Below are positions 1 through 13,464 of a stretch of 64,000 bases of DNA, piece by piece. Every line of letters starts with the position of its first letter. The stretch's first letter is position 1. Source of the DNA: Epiperipatus broadwayi (taxonomy: Eukaryota; Animalia; Onychophora); assembly GCA_028023455.1 (NCBI GenBank), contig JAQFVV010000004.1, forward strand, positions 20,088,001 to 20,152,000, in the 5' to 3' direction. Position numbers and translations under genes: made by a program. Under the pieces are notes generated by a model, which saw only the letters and a list, made by a program, of their open reading frames with translations, was not told the origin of the DNA and did no database searches.

Positions 1-1269
1 ACTTCTATCTGACTTTTTTAAGTTTAAAATCAAATTAATAATGTTTAATTTTATATGTTTTCCGATTGATAAAAATCATTTCCATTTTTTTTTTCTTATT
101 GTATAAATTATTTATTGTTTAAATTTTAAATGATGAAATTTAGGTTGGGTATAGATGTTGCATAGATTCGTTAGTGGTTGATTATGTTGAAGTTTTCACA
201 TTTGATTAGAATATATAGATCAACGATGTTAATGCGGGCATCTTACGATGAATGCCATGGGGCCTTGTGTATTCCCTTTTGCAATTGACGTTATCGATGA
301 TTTTGTATTTTAATCGATTGTGTTTAATTTGCAGCCGATCTATACTCAACATTTTAAAAACAAATTTATAAAAATAATCTGTGCGAACGTATTTAAATGT
401 TAAATTTAAGTCGGGCATGAATGGCTATATAGTTTTGTAAAGTTATATTAAGGGAGGGTAATCTTAGGTTATTCATTTCATAGTTGAATTGGTTCAATGG
501 ATTGGATATATTTGTGTAATTGTAGATGTAGTATGAGATCCGCTACAGGCAGGATTATATATATGCCACACACCTTCTGTTTGCCTATGGATGGGTTTGT
601 AAGACGCCAAAGGACCGCAGTCCATTCCTATGGAGTTTTATGTTTATTGTTCTACTCACCAACAGATGTAACATTCCTGTTGGTGGAGAGTCAATGTCTT
701 CTCTAATTCTACTTACTGATCAGATGTACATTCCTGACAGTATAGTATTTTGTGTTGCCGTATTTTCATGCTACATTGAATACATAAATGTATCAGATGG
801 ATTGGCGCCGGTTTGATTGCGAAATTTGTTGCCTAAGGTTAAATCAGGGAAGAATATTTTCTTTTCAAATGCAGATCTATGTAGTCTATTCATCCTCGAC
901 TCACTAAATAAATATTAAACTCATGGTTGTAATTTACTTAAATGTAAAACTAAAGATTAATAGAAAAATCTAAAATGGTGAATTTATTCCTCAAAATTTA
1001 AATGTTATTTTATATGTGCGTAAATAAATATTTTTATGTGTTAATTTCTGGCAGTGGCTTTTATTTATTTATATTTAAGATATAAATTAAGATATAGATT
1101 TTTATCTCTGTGTCTCCACTGAGCTAGTGACTTGGGCTAACGATCTGAATATTTAAATAAAGTGGAATCTTAACAGCGCGTATCTGCCTACTCTATAAAT
1201 TTTTCTAGGTTTAAATGCCTAGATGGCGCCTTGTAGAGCAGATATCGTAGTTTGCGGTTAGATTCGATC

Positions 1270-4200
1270 TTCACTTGCATTTTGATCGTTATACCATGAA
1301 CCCACAAAAGTAAAAACAGTCAATACAGAATTCATACCAACTTGTGGATCATCGAGTCAATCCCCACTGATCATATCTATGAATGCAACCCTACTCAATC
1401 ACTAACCAACAATCCAAATTTTGGACTCAAATAAGCTAACACCTCATCAAGAGAGTGAATACTTATTAACTACAACCCTGAAAGTGATCACATTCAATCA
1501 ATAAACACCAAATACCACAATAATCCAAATAGTAACACAGATAACGCCAAAAAACAACAGCAGACAGAGTGATACCCCTCAACTATCACATGCAGAAATT
1601 AATATCGAAAAGAAACATCAGTCAAATATCACTGATGACATTTCCAAAAACTTGCAATTTAATCTTGAATTTGAACACATCTTCAATTCCTAAGACATAA
1701 GTCTCCAATAAAGACCATTTTACAAATCCACCCTCCCCTCCAGATCTATCATCTATACCATCAAACAAAAATATCATCATTCAACATCTGAGGCTTAAAC
1801 TCAGTCAGAAAAAATTACCAAATAAATAAATGAATACAATTCTTGTCACCACATATCCTTGGCATCCTGGGGACAAAGATCTATAGTGGATCTCAAATTG
1901 ACCCACCCATTTATCTAAGTGCACAAGGTTTTTGTGCTTTCTCCAAAAGCTCATCACCAGCAGCCAGTTCTGGGTTCATTATAAAGTGAGATTGTGCTTT
2001 TCATTATAGATGCCATTCTACTCATGGTCACACTATATTACTATATGATTATGCTCAATGCCATATTTGTCTTCACTCCCTGGTAACATTTTGATTACAG
2101 GAATAATTCTTACTATCAATTCTCTGATTTCATCATCCTCTCACCCAGTCATATTACTAGGTGATTTCAATATGACATCATACAATCACCTCCAAATAGT
2201 TACACCAACTTGCCTTTCCATTAATAAATGCAGAATTTCTCCCATCTGACTCCAAAATTTCTCTCTCTGACTTCATTTCTTTTCACAACCATTTTCCTTT
2301 ATTGACTTATGCTTCTACTCACCAATGCTTCATCATCAGATCATGCTAAACCTCTGCTTCTCACTCTTCTTTAACCACTCTGCCAAAATGCTTACACTCA
2401 ACTTAAATACCAGACAAACAGTAATGAGGGGCCTACAAAAGACTGTAAGAATACTACTCCCTACAAATACCCCCAAATTTTTTTCTCAGATACTAACATC
2501 ATGCTACATAAACTCAAAGACATGCTCCTTGATCCCCCATTCAGCATTACATATCATTTATAAACATTCTATCTTTCAACATTGACCACATCATATAAGC
2601 CACCCCTCCATTCTTTAAGCTTTTAGCCTTAGCAGGCAAACTGCATAAACAGATCATTGTGTGCCATCCCACCTTGACATACCAGATTACATTCAAAATA
2701 TCACCAGTGCCCTCAACAATGCATGCTCCAAATTGGAGAAATACCCAGCCATTAAAAAAAAGATCTGCCTAACACAACAACACACTTGGACCAATGGGCT
2801 CTTCCAAACTAATAGTCCCATTAGCCATTTAGATTGGGAGTATAACTAGTGCTGAATACAACATAATTAAACCAATATATGAACACTTTAAGTAGAAATT
2901 ATGAGCACACAATGCATTTAAACCCAAAGTGGATCTGTTTGGCCAATCAGAATCAGACACTTCCTTTCGTACTGCTGACTTTGTTCTCAAGCTTTCCACA
3001 GTACTACATAACTGTCACTCTGGGCCCCATGCAATCCCCAAATTTGTCTTTTTACACTTAAGATGCTTCACTACCATCTACCTGTGTGATCTAGCAAACT
3101 ATCACAAAAACTCTGCAATATGCAAGATCTATACCCCCATTTTACTAGGTCCATTCAATAAAACACATACCCAAATATCCAATCTATCCAATCTACATCT
3201 TATTACCATGGGGCACCTTGATATAAAAATTTTGGAGAAAGTTCTTATGAAAAAAATAAAACCACACCTACTTCCATTAATATAGCCCATGCAATTTTCC
3301 AAAAAGGGATCACTGATGAGCCAAGCAACACTCTTGTTCAAAACAATTCTGAACTCAGTTTGAGATGAAAAAATATGCTCCAATGGCAATTCAACGTACA
3401 TCAAGGCCGCTTTTGACTCAGTTCCAACAGATATCCTAATTCACATGCTTGCAGCTACCACAATACCTCCATCCCTTTACACCACGACCAACCTACTACT
3501 TAATCTAGAGATTCATGTTGCACTTAATGACAGATCAACACTACAATTCACCCCTTCTCAATTTGTTCACCAAGGCTCACATCTCAGCTTCCTACTATTT
3601 ATCACATATATTAATTCACCTATCATTTATCATATATATTAATTCTTTCATAATTAAGATCCCCCCAAAAAATCCCAGGAATACCATGCCTGACCTACAT
3701 GATGACACCACCATTTTCCTAACTTCCAAAAAGCAATTACTTGTTCTACAGAGTATATTAAATGAATATATTACCAAATATAAAGTTAAACTCAATATAA
3801 ATAAAACATCCACATGGTTCATTCATACTGGCAGACCACATCCCAACTTTTCCATGGTCAACCCTCTGCTTTTTTTGGTTTCCCATTCTACCTCAGTGCT
3901 ACTGGTTGAGACAGAAAATTTCAAAACAAACTCAAGAATTATGCCAAATGAATAATCACCTCACTCTGCAAACCATCTCTCTCTATATATTCCAAAGTCT
4001 ACCTCATTAATCAACTGATAAACCCAAAAAAACCTATTTACCTATCATAAACTTTTCAAAATCCTTTACCTCCTATATCTGATAACTTTGCAATAATTTT
4101 CTATGGCACAGGAAGACAATGTCTATTAGGCACCTCAGCTTTCCAATGACCTAAAATGGATTAGAACTGCATTTTGTCTGTTTCCACATTCATGAAAGTG

Positions 4201-5385
4201 GCAACATTATCACTGCCATTACAAAGAACTTTCCAGCACTAGAATGTGTCATACCCATAGCTCTCACAGAACCCCCCCCCACTATGGTTACCTATCATTG
4301 CTAATATGCCAATTTTCAAGACAGTTATCATAAAATAAAACCCCACAGACCCCCCACCCCCACTATGGTTACCTATCATTGCTAATACGCCAATTTCAAG
4401 ACATTTATCATAAAAATAAAACTCCATAATGCAGGAAAATATACCTACTGGGACATTCACAATTTACTACATACAAATCTTTCCATTTATCTCCTCTCCT
4501 TGGTTCTTGGCATCAACAACAAATAATTACTTCAATACTTTAAAAAATGGTTAAACTTTAAAAAATGGTTCCTGGAACCAAAGTTTTTGATTTCCTCCAT
4601 TTGTGCCCTACTAATAGATCTTTTGTGCAATTTATGCCAATTATGAAGAAGAAACCCAGCACACATTTTCCACATCGGCTTAGCCCTGGCAAACACTTTG
4701 AAAATTCTATTGATCACATACAGGCAGGATACCTCAACATTTAATACCACATTTGAAATTTACACTGGTCATGTCATCCTTGCCATCCATACAGCTATAT
4801 TGACTTTATAATCTTCTCAAATAAACCTGAACCATTCAGAGCCAGAAACTTTAAACTTACCCAGATGGACATATATGTAACCACATGGTCACTATTGAAA
4901 CATCAGTCCAATCTCTAGTCTCTAGGGATGTAATCAATTTAATCTCTAAATATAATCACTCAATTTCATTCCTTAGTCTACTACACCCTACCACAAGATG
5001 TGGTGTTCACAGTGCACATCTGGATTCACTAATAGTGCACTTCCCACTTCTCAAAGGAATGGAAAACAATGACATTGGTTTCACTGGACCCAGTATCCTC
5101 AGCTCCATAACACCAAGACACCAGCTACCTAAATCAAGAACTATAATCCCTTTAATTTTTCCATCATAAATTGACTGACTCACTTGAAAGGCAAAAAAAG
5201 AGATAATAATACATATGTAACTCCCATTATCAGTTATGCTTTCATAACTTTTTTTCTGTATATATGTAATCAATCTGTAATTTTGTATACCTGTGTTAAC
5301 ATTGGAATTGCAATTAAATGCCAATTGTATCACTTATATCTTAAATGTTTTAACTTTATTTTTTTGCTCAATAAAGTTTTGCTTT
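1270..5385 (+). mobile_element. Degenerate APE-type LINE (L1/Tx1-like), near full length
   Basis: Motifs occur in correct order across broken frames: FNIxGLNS (~1780), ILLGDFN (~2150), IKAAFDSVP (~3400), QGSHLS (~3570), HDDTTIF (~3700), KLNINKT (~3790). Ends at aataaa (~5370). Many stops and frameshifts; the clade is uncertain. Confidence 0.7.
4265..4422. repeat. About 80-bp tandem duplication inside the LINE
   Basis: cacaga.ccccc..cactatggttacctatcattgctaata.gccaattt occurs twice. Confidence 0.9.
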
Positions 5386-6248
5386 GAAATATCATCATCA
5401 TCATAATAGCAGCAAAGTGGCAGCAGCGATTGTAGGAGTTGTAGCAATAGTAGCAGTAATAATAAAAATGTAAAATTGTGGAAGGAATTACTCTTCTCAC
5501 ATGGCTAAAAAATTGACTCACTCTCTCATCAATAATTGTTTTAAAACCATATAAGTGGCCCACCTATGGTTAGAGCTTATCCATTAAATAAATCAATAAT
5601 TATTAACTGTGGCTAAATTAGGCCTTGAACTTATTATGAGCCTGATTTTTAAATCTGCATAATACCGGTGATACTGAATCTTATTAGTTTTATATGTAAT
5701 AATAATAATATAGGACTTATATGTGTTTAAAATTATTTAAAAAATTACTTTCACACATGCGCTAGAAAATTTTCAAGCACTCTCCCATCATAATTTTTAA
5801 TAATAATAATAAAAAGTTTGATATATTCATTACAAAATCTATGTTCTGCTAAGTTATTTATCTAAAAATATGGCTGGAGTTAGTTTTTTGATATTTATTC
5901 ATAAATGTGGAAAGCGCGCTTACATGAAATTTAATTAGCAACTATCACTTACCCTTTATTTTAACTGCCTGTAATGTATTTTGGGTTCTCTTTCTGACCA
6001 TGTTATGTGACCATCTGATGGTGCTGTTGTTTGCAAAAATAATGAAATGTAACATTACCGAGCTGTTAATTTTTTGCTTTCTGCTCTCCGCCAATTTTTC
6101 AAATTATTTTTAAAAAATTTATAATAGGAAATTATTTTTACAACATTTCCGATGGTATTTAACACAATTTTAATTTTAAAAATATATAAAACAAAGAGTT
6201 TGAAAATGTGTCTTATTTTTTGACTGAAATTTAGAAAAAGTTAATACA

Positions 6249-6460
6249 CTAGTCTCAGCGAATCGAGCTGTCCGCATGTAATGCTGGAATATGCAGGGGA
6301 GGGGCTCTGATGATTTTGCCAGTCTGAAGGACTGGCCAATACGTGCTCTAGTCTGAGCAAACATAGCTGGCAGCATCTAGCGCTGGAATGTGCAGGAGGA
6401 GGGCTCTGATGGTTTTGCTGGTCCGAAGGACTGGCCAATACATGCTCTAGTCTGAGCGAA
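6249..6460. repeat. 99-bp GC-rich tandem repeat (about 2.1 copies)
   Basis: Unit starts ctagtct(c/g)agc at 6249, 6348 and 6447. Confidence 0.9.
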
Positions 6461-9400
6461 CCCATATTATGATTTTCAAACAACAGACAATGACAGCCAT
6501 TGCATTACTCTTGTAACTGTTTTCCCGCAAATATTCCTTTTCGCATGACTTATGTGAAATACTTCAACAATGTACACTTGCAATTATTTTCACCTTCAAA
6601 AGTTAAGGAAAATGGGGCAACAGACTTACAATTATTAGATTGTAATAGGACATCAGGTAATGTGCAAGATACTTAATTTGAATGCATATAAAAACACTTA
6701 TGGTCTGTTGAATTCCATACACCCTCACATCCTATGGTAACGATATATGAAGCATGCGCTATTTCTATAGTGACGCGAAGCACAGCATGTACTCCTAATA
6801 ATGGCAAATATGAATAGAACTGTTCTAGAGGTTGTAAGTTGGGCCATGTAAATGGCATATATCAGTGCTTTTGCAAGCAATAGAGCCATCAGGCAGTCAC
6901 ATTACACGTTCGGAAAGAGTACGGTATTTTATTGTAGTTCTTACTTTACAATAATTTTTAAACATTGGGTAACATAACAATTTATATTAAAATTGAAACT
7001 GATAATGCTTAGGTATATTTTTTTTGCTTGATCTAAGAGTTCATGTTACCCAAACAAGCATATAAAAACATGTTGATAACAGATTTATTGCAATAATCAT
7101 AAATGCAATCGTTAAGGAGGTTAATGATATGTGCAATATAAATTTATTTTTTTCAAAAAGAAATACTTTCATCTAAAAATATATATTTATTTCTGTCGCA
7201 TTTATTAAATATATAGTAGAATAAAACCAATAAATATGAGCTTGAGATACATATGTATGCAATTTCTAATATTAAATGTTTGTGATTAAAAAAAAAAAAA
7301 GTAAGATCACAGAAAATAGGAATTAAAAACAATTCATTAAATATGTCTCAATTCTATAGTTACAAAAATAGAGCAAGTAGAAATTAAAGAATATTATTTA
7401 ATCAGTATCCCCCCCCCCCGTTAATTATTCAACATTTAATAAACTATTTCTTTTTAACAAGGAATATCTGCAATGTTAAATTATATTTAAAATGTCAACA
7501 TTTTGATTGTTTAATAATCTTCTTCAAATACTTATCTTTCTCCTAAAGTTTAATCTAAAGAGGAAAGAAAATCTTTGAATAATATTGTTGAAGAATTGAA
7601 ACATTATTTAATAAAAATTGAATATTGCAAAAATTATGATTTCCAAACATCGATTTTGCATCATTAATAGAATATTGTGTAATAGTGAATTTTTCCCAAA
7701 CTGCTTTCTTTTCAAGTGATAAAAGGCAAATAAAAATATCAATTATTGATCATTTATAATGAAAAGAAGAAAAAAATATTATTATTTGTTAAGGAATAAA
7801 TGTCTTTACAAAATGATGTTATTAGTGTCTTAACAGGTTGTTTTTTTTTTTTTTTTTTTTGGGGGGGGGGAGTTGTTTAGCTGACTGTCTTTCATCTGAA
7901 TCATTTCCTAAAAGAGGAGTTTGTTAGTGATATCACAGGACCTTTTCATATATTTACCCATATTCTTTCAAAAGCAGTTTTTTCCACTCAAACTCTGAGC
8001 CACTTACTATAAGCTTGAATATTCGATGGACACCAGGTTGGTGCCATAATAACCCACTACACCACTTTCTAGATTTTCTTTTCATCAGCAAGATTGTGTA
8101 TTACTTCCTGATTTAAATTTTAGTCTTTAATGATAAAAGCAAAGAATTGGTCTGGGAATAGCAATATGATAGCACTATACCCTGGGCTCCATTCAATACT
8201 CAATGTTATAGTAGATAGCTTAAAGTAGTATGAAGATTATAGTTTTTGTTAAAAGATAAATTTCAAGCAGCTCTATAATTTATAAAATAATTCTTATGTA
8301 GCTAAAATTTTAAGTATATATACTAAATTATCTGACTGTAGGCAGCTGAAGTTACTAGACAAGTTATTAACAACCTTGTAATAACTTGATATACAAACAA
8401 AATATATCATGAATTTAGATTGCACAAAATCATAAGCAAAGTAAAAAAAAACTTTTAATGTTTTGCTCCCATCTGGAATCGTAAGAACTATTGTAATTTC
8501 CCAATAAAAGCTCCTTTTGAAAGATAAATTGTATTGCTTTTGTGTAAACAGAACTTATTAAACAGCTCATTTTAGTTTCACACCTTCATTTATATGACAC
8601 TAGAAAATTATTTTAAGGAAGTGACAAGCAATGATTACCATTCATAATAATTCACTCAACCTAACTTAAATTCCAGACAACCTGATCTTTAGAAAGACGA
8701 ATAAAAAATCAAAATTTATAAGCAACGAAAATGTACCCATAAAAATACACTAGTAATTTAAGCTGACATTTCTTTTTCTCTCTTAGAAATTTTGTATTTT
8801 ACAATTACATTGTAAAGTGTTGAGCAATCTATTTATTAAAATGAAATATAAAATATTTTGCTCCAATTTGCTTTTGTGCTCATTGGATAAATAATATATT
8901 TTAATTAAATATAAAGTTTACATATGTGTGATAATTTATTATAGGAAGTTGCTTTGTAGTATTGCAGCAAGTATATCTACCCATTCTAGATCTACTTACA
9001 GTTTCAGATGTCTAATATCACACATACTTTAAATACTGTTTCTAAGGATTAAGTTTAAATTGATCAAAAAGTTATCATACACTAATAATATATCATGGCA
9101 TATTGCCTTTTATAACAGGCATTTGAATATATAACAATCATTTATGATTAATTAAATAATTAGAAATATTTTAGAATATAATAATAAAAATAATAAAAAA
9201 TAATCATAGTATTGGATGCTAACCTTTTTCTGGTCCTTAACATAAAGCAGATAAGAATAAGAAAAGACACAAGGAACAAGACAGGCATTATTTAGTCTTT
9301 AAGAATAATTAATTAAATTTAATTTAAAAGAATAATGAAATATATTTAATTTAAAACATTTAAAATAATTTTACTATTTCTATAACATGATCAATGAAAG

Positions 9401-10144
9401 GAAGAGAAAGAAAAATCTAAAATTTTATTTGACTCTTAAAATTAATTTCATATTAAAGGCATTAACTAAAAATATATTTAAAATCAATGAAGCAAGTTAC
9501 TACAATAAAATGAAGTTATATCATATATATTTTAAAAGGCAAATATCAATTTTCTATCATATACACTGCTAAACAACAAAAGTCATTTGTATCTTATAAC
9601 ATTATGGTTTTTATAATTACTTGATTAACTGTTTAATTAATGGAAGATTATATATTCCATTAAATGCAGAATTTTATGATAAGACATGATTACTATTAGT
9701 TAAAATAAAAAAATTATATTTTGATAGACAAGTGTATGCAATAAAAAAAAATGTATTCATAAATAATGCAACCAAATATTGACCAAATGAACTCAATGAG
9801 AACGAAAATGATATAGAAAATTGAATTTTCTGGATAATCATATATATATATACCCTATATATTCAAAATAAAGTAAAATTATGCAAAGTTATTTATATGT
9901 AGTGCTACTGTATGCAAAAAAAAAAAAAATTACAATAAATTATTAATAATTAATAACTAAAACATTTTGAAGAAACAGCATATACTCACTGTAGGATGTA
10001 CTATAAAAGAGGAGCATTAAGCAAAATGGTTCTAAAGGAAAGTAATTTACCAAATAAACAATGGCAAAATTTTATGGAGTCATTTATTATTAAAGATTTT
10101 TATAAAAAATGAAATTTTTAAGGGAATCAACTACAATAAATTCA

Positions 10145-10316
10145 ACAGGCAAAATTCTCCATACAGTTGTGCCACCCTGTGCCACAAGCCAGAAACTAGT
10201 TTGGGGATATTGGATGAGTAGGCACTAGATGGGGATTTTATGCACAAGCCTTCTGGCATCCATTGATTACCCTGGTTGGCACAGGGTGGCACTACTGTAT
10301 GGAGAGTTTTGCCTGT
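10145..10316. mobile_element. MITE with about 40-bp TIRs
   Basis: acaggcaaaattctccatacagttgtgccaccctgtgcca / tggcacagggtggcactactgtatggagagttttgcctgt. A diverged copy of the interior lies at ~22870-22990. Confidence 0.75.
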
Positions 10317-10540
10317 CTAATAACAATTATGTGCTAGCATAAAAGCTAGTATTCATGTGATGTTTAGTGGTTTTACAATAAATTCCTAATATTCCGTCTT
10401 GTCATCACTGCTGTTATCAAAAAATTAAAGAAACCCATCTTTCTTATTACTGTTATAGTGCTTATCTTCTTAAAATTAATCAATATTACAATTTCAATTC
10501 ACCAGCAATTTTCTTCAGAGTTATAAGATGTATATAAATA

Positions 10541-10627
10541 CATGAATACACAAATATTTTATCATTTAAACAAACAACTTAACTTTTTTTTTGTTTGTTT
10601 AAATGATAATCTATTTGTGTATTTATG
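10541..10627. repeat. AT-rich hairpin
   Basis: catgaatacacaaata..ttatcatttaaacaaacaa / ttgtttgtttaaatgataa..tatttgtgtatttatg. Confidence 0.75.
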
Positions 10628-10999
10628 TTTTTATACATATAACTCTAACAAAGATTTCTGGTCAATCAAAACCATTGTAACAATAATAAGAAAGGTGGAT
10701 TTGTATATTTTTTTATAATTTTATAAATGCATAAAGAAAGATAAGTTGATAACACTGCTATTATCATTATAGTAAATGAAAGTGGATAAATTTCACTACA
10801 CATAATAACTAGTGGAATTTACTTATTTTCACTTCTGAATTTAAGACCTTTTTTTTGTCTCTCAGATGTCTGTGTTGTGTATGTGAATGTTTACATTTTT
10901 ATTATATTTACAATCATAACAAAAATAAATTATGGATCTCATATCATGGACCTGTGAAGTTATCAAATTATGGCAGCAATTGAAGACAAATGATGCTAA

Positions 11000-12450
11000 A
11001 ATACTTCAATTTAAGGACACAAATTGATACTTGATTATGGTCTTTTTTTGGATATCTACAACTATAGGTCACTTTCAAAAGAAGGAAGAATTTATAAACT
11101 GGAAAAAATATTGTCTAATATTAAATGGGATATTGTCAGATTTAATAAAGTAAAAAGAGAAAGACAATTTGAAAAATGGACATGTATTTATTATTAAAGA
11201 TATATGAAATGAAAGGTCCAGGAAGTGGGGCTTATTATAAATAAAAATTGGAAGAATAATATTGTGGAGATTAATAGTTTATATACATAAAAAAATAAGA
11301 TTAATTATTCACTTTAATGGAAAATAACAAATGAATATAATTCAAATTTTTATCATAACATTTTTTTATTTTGATGAAGTTTAAAATTCTTATATAAATA
11401 TAAAGAATGCTGTTGATCAAAGTAAAATGATAGTATATTATTTTTAAAATTGTCATGAAAGACTTTAATATTAGAATAAAAATTCTGTAAGTAAATTTGA
11501 TTATGAAGAGATGATGTAAACTTGAGAAATTCTTTTACAAAAAAATTCAAAATGGAAGTAAATATGCAAATATTCAAATGAAGCTACAGCTAAGTTGGAT
11601 TGCATTTTGACTAACAAAAAATATGTATTCCAAGACTATAATGTGTTTAATAGATTCAACATAAAAAGTATTTGTAATTATTAGTTAATGAGATGTAAAA
11701 TACATATTAATGCAAAGCTAAAAAAACAAAAACTATCAAGACAGACAATATTATTAGAGAGTATATTTAGTCTTCAAAATATATATTCTAATAATTTAAA
11801 CTAAAATGTGCAAATCATTTAAAAATATTAAAAGATTTAAAAGATAGCTCAAACTTAAATAAGCATCAATAAAAAGATAAGTGATACTCTAAAAGAAGAG
11901 TTTCACAAAATAGCATAAAATGACCAACAAATTTTCAACTGAAATATAGTATGTATAAAAAAAAGAAGGAATATAAAAATATTTAAAAATAATTTATTTA
12001 CAAAAATTGTAAGATAGTACATAAAATTATATGGTAAATAAAATATGATTGTGAAATTGCAAGAAAATCTACAGAAGAGAGCAAAATAAAAAAAATTTAA
12101 AACAACTTGTTAGTGTTAAGATTGATATTTATAAGATGTTCGGAAAATTCTACAAAGAATTATATAATTAAAAGAGCAATAGAACAAAATATTCTTACAA
12201 TTATGACATCTTTTAAGAAGTCAAATATTTTAAATGAAAAAAAGTGAGATATGTAGTTAAACTTAGTAAAAATTAAAAAGGAATAATGAAATTACTATGG
12301 ATATTTTAAGCAGTGAAGAACTAAAGAAACTAATGACAAGATTATATATTAAATGTTTAAATGATAGGAATAGTACTGATATTTAAGAAAAATGAAAAAG
12401 AAGAATTAAGAAAAACAACAACAAATAAATCTAAAAATGATAATTTCTAG
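11000..12450 (+). mobile_element. Decayed RTE remnant (endonuclease/linker region)
   Basis: 11620-11720 resembles at DNA level the FQDCNVLNKFNTGSDHRLVRGKIHVNVKL region of the intact RTE. A-rich strand; no ORF remains. Confidence 0.5.
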
Positions 12451-12702
12451 ATTATGATAAAAATATTTAATTCTTTATGCATTTCTGCTATGATTAAAAT
12501 TTTATTTATTTTATCATAGTCAGTACTTTCTGCCTAATATAAATCCAGAAAGTTCAGAGAAAGAAAGCTTTAAATTTTTTGTTAGATAGCCTTATTGTTT
12601 CATTAATACTATTAAAAGACTGAATTTTCATTCTCTGAGATTTTAATTATATATGATGTTTTTGGATAGTAAACTTTGCCCAAAATTACTAAATCTTGAA
12701 TA

Positions 12703-13464
12703 ATTATAAATTTTATTAAACACCCATTATTATATTAAGTAATAATTTACTAAGGCTGTAACCTTAGAAATAAGCGTCTGAAAAATACGAAGGTAGGGAC
12801 CTCTATAGGTCTTAAAAACACAAGCTTACGCTATGAAGAAAAGAGAGAATCTTCTTTACTTCAACCTACTTTTATATATAAATAGGTGAAGCTGAAGTGT
12901 TTTGATCTAAGAGTGTGAAGCTATTCAATACTTCACTAATTAAGTCCACAATTCTTATAATACATTAATACTCGCGAAATCTTACGATTTACTACAAGTC
13001 AATGAAAAGATCTTATAGTAAGAAATCTGTTACAATAATTTAAAGTTGTAATTATAAATTTTATTAAACGCCCATTATTATATTAAGTAATAATTTACTA
13101 AGGCTGTAACCTTAGAAATAAGTGTCTGAAAAATAAAATAAAATTTATAATTACAACCTTAAATTATCGTAACAGATTTCTTACTATAAGATCTTTTCAT
13201 TGACTCGTAGTAAATCGTAAGATTTCGTGAGTATTAATGTATTATAAGAATTGTGGACTTAATTAGTGAAGTATTGAATAGCTTCACACTCTTAGATCAA
13301 AACACTTCAGCTTCACCTATTTATATATAAAAGTAGGTTGAAGTAAAGAAGATTCTCTCTTTTCTTCGTAGCGTAAGCTTGTGTTTTTAAGACCTATAGA
13401 GGTCCCTACCTTCGTATTTTTCAGACGCTTATTTCTAAGGTTACAGCCTTAGTAAATTATTACT
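12703..13464. repeat. Fold-back insertion built from a 348-bp unit
   Basis: Arms 12735-13065 and 13137-13467 are inverted with 5 mismatches in ~331 bp. The spacer restarts the unit in tandem (period 348). 13-bp direct repeat taaatcttgaata at 12690-12702 and 13465-13477. Confidence 0.95.

Noticed and set aside
5957-6060. piggyBac-like peptide APSDGHITWSEREP and a nearby donor-like site
   Set aside because: No TTAA/TIR ends or DDD catalytic motifs found.
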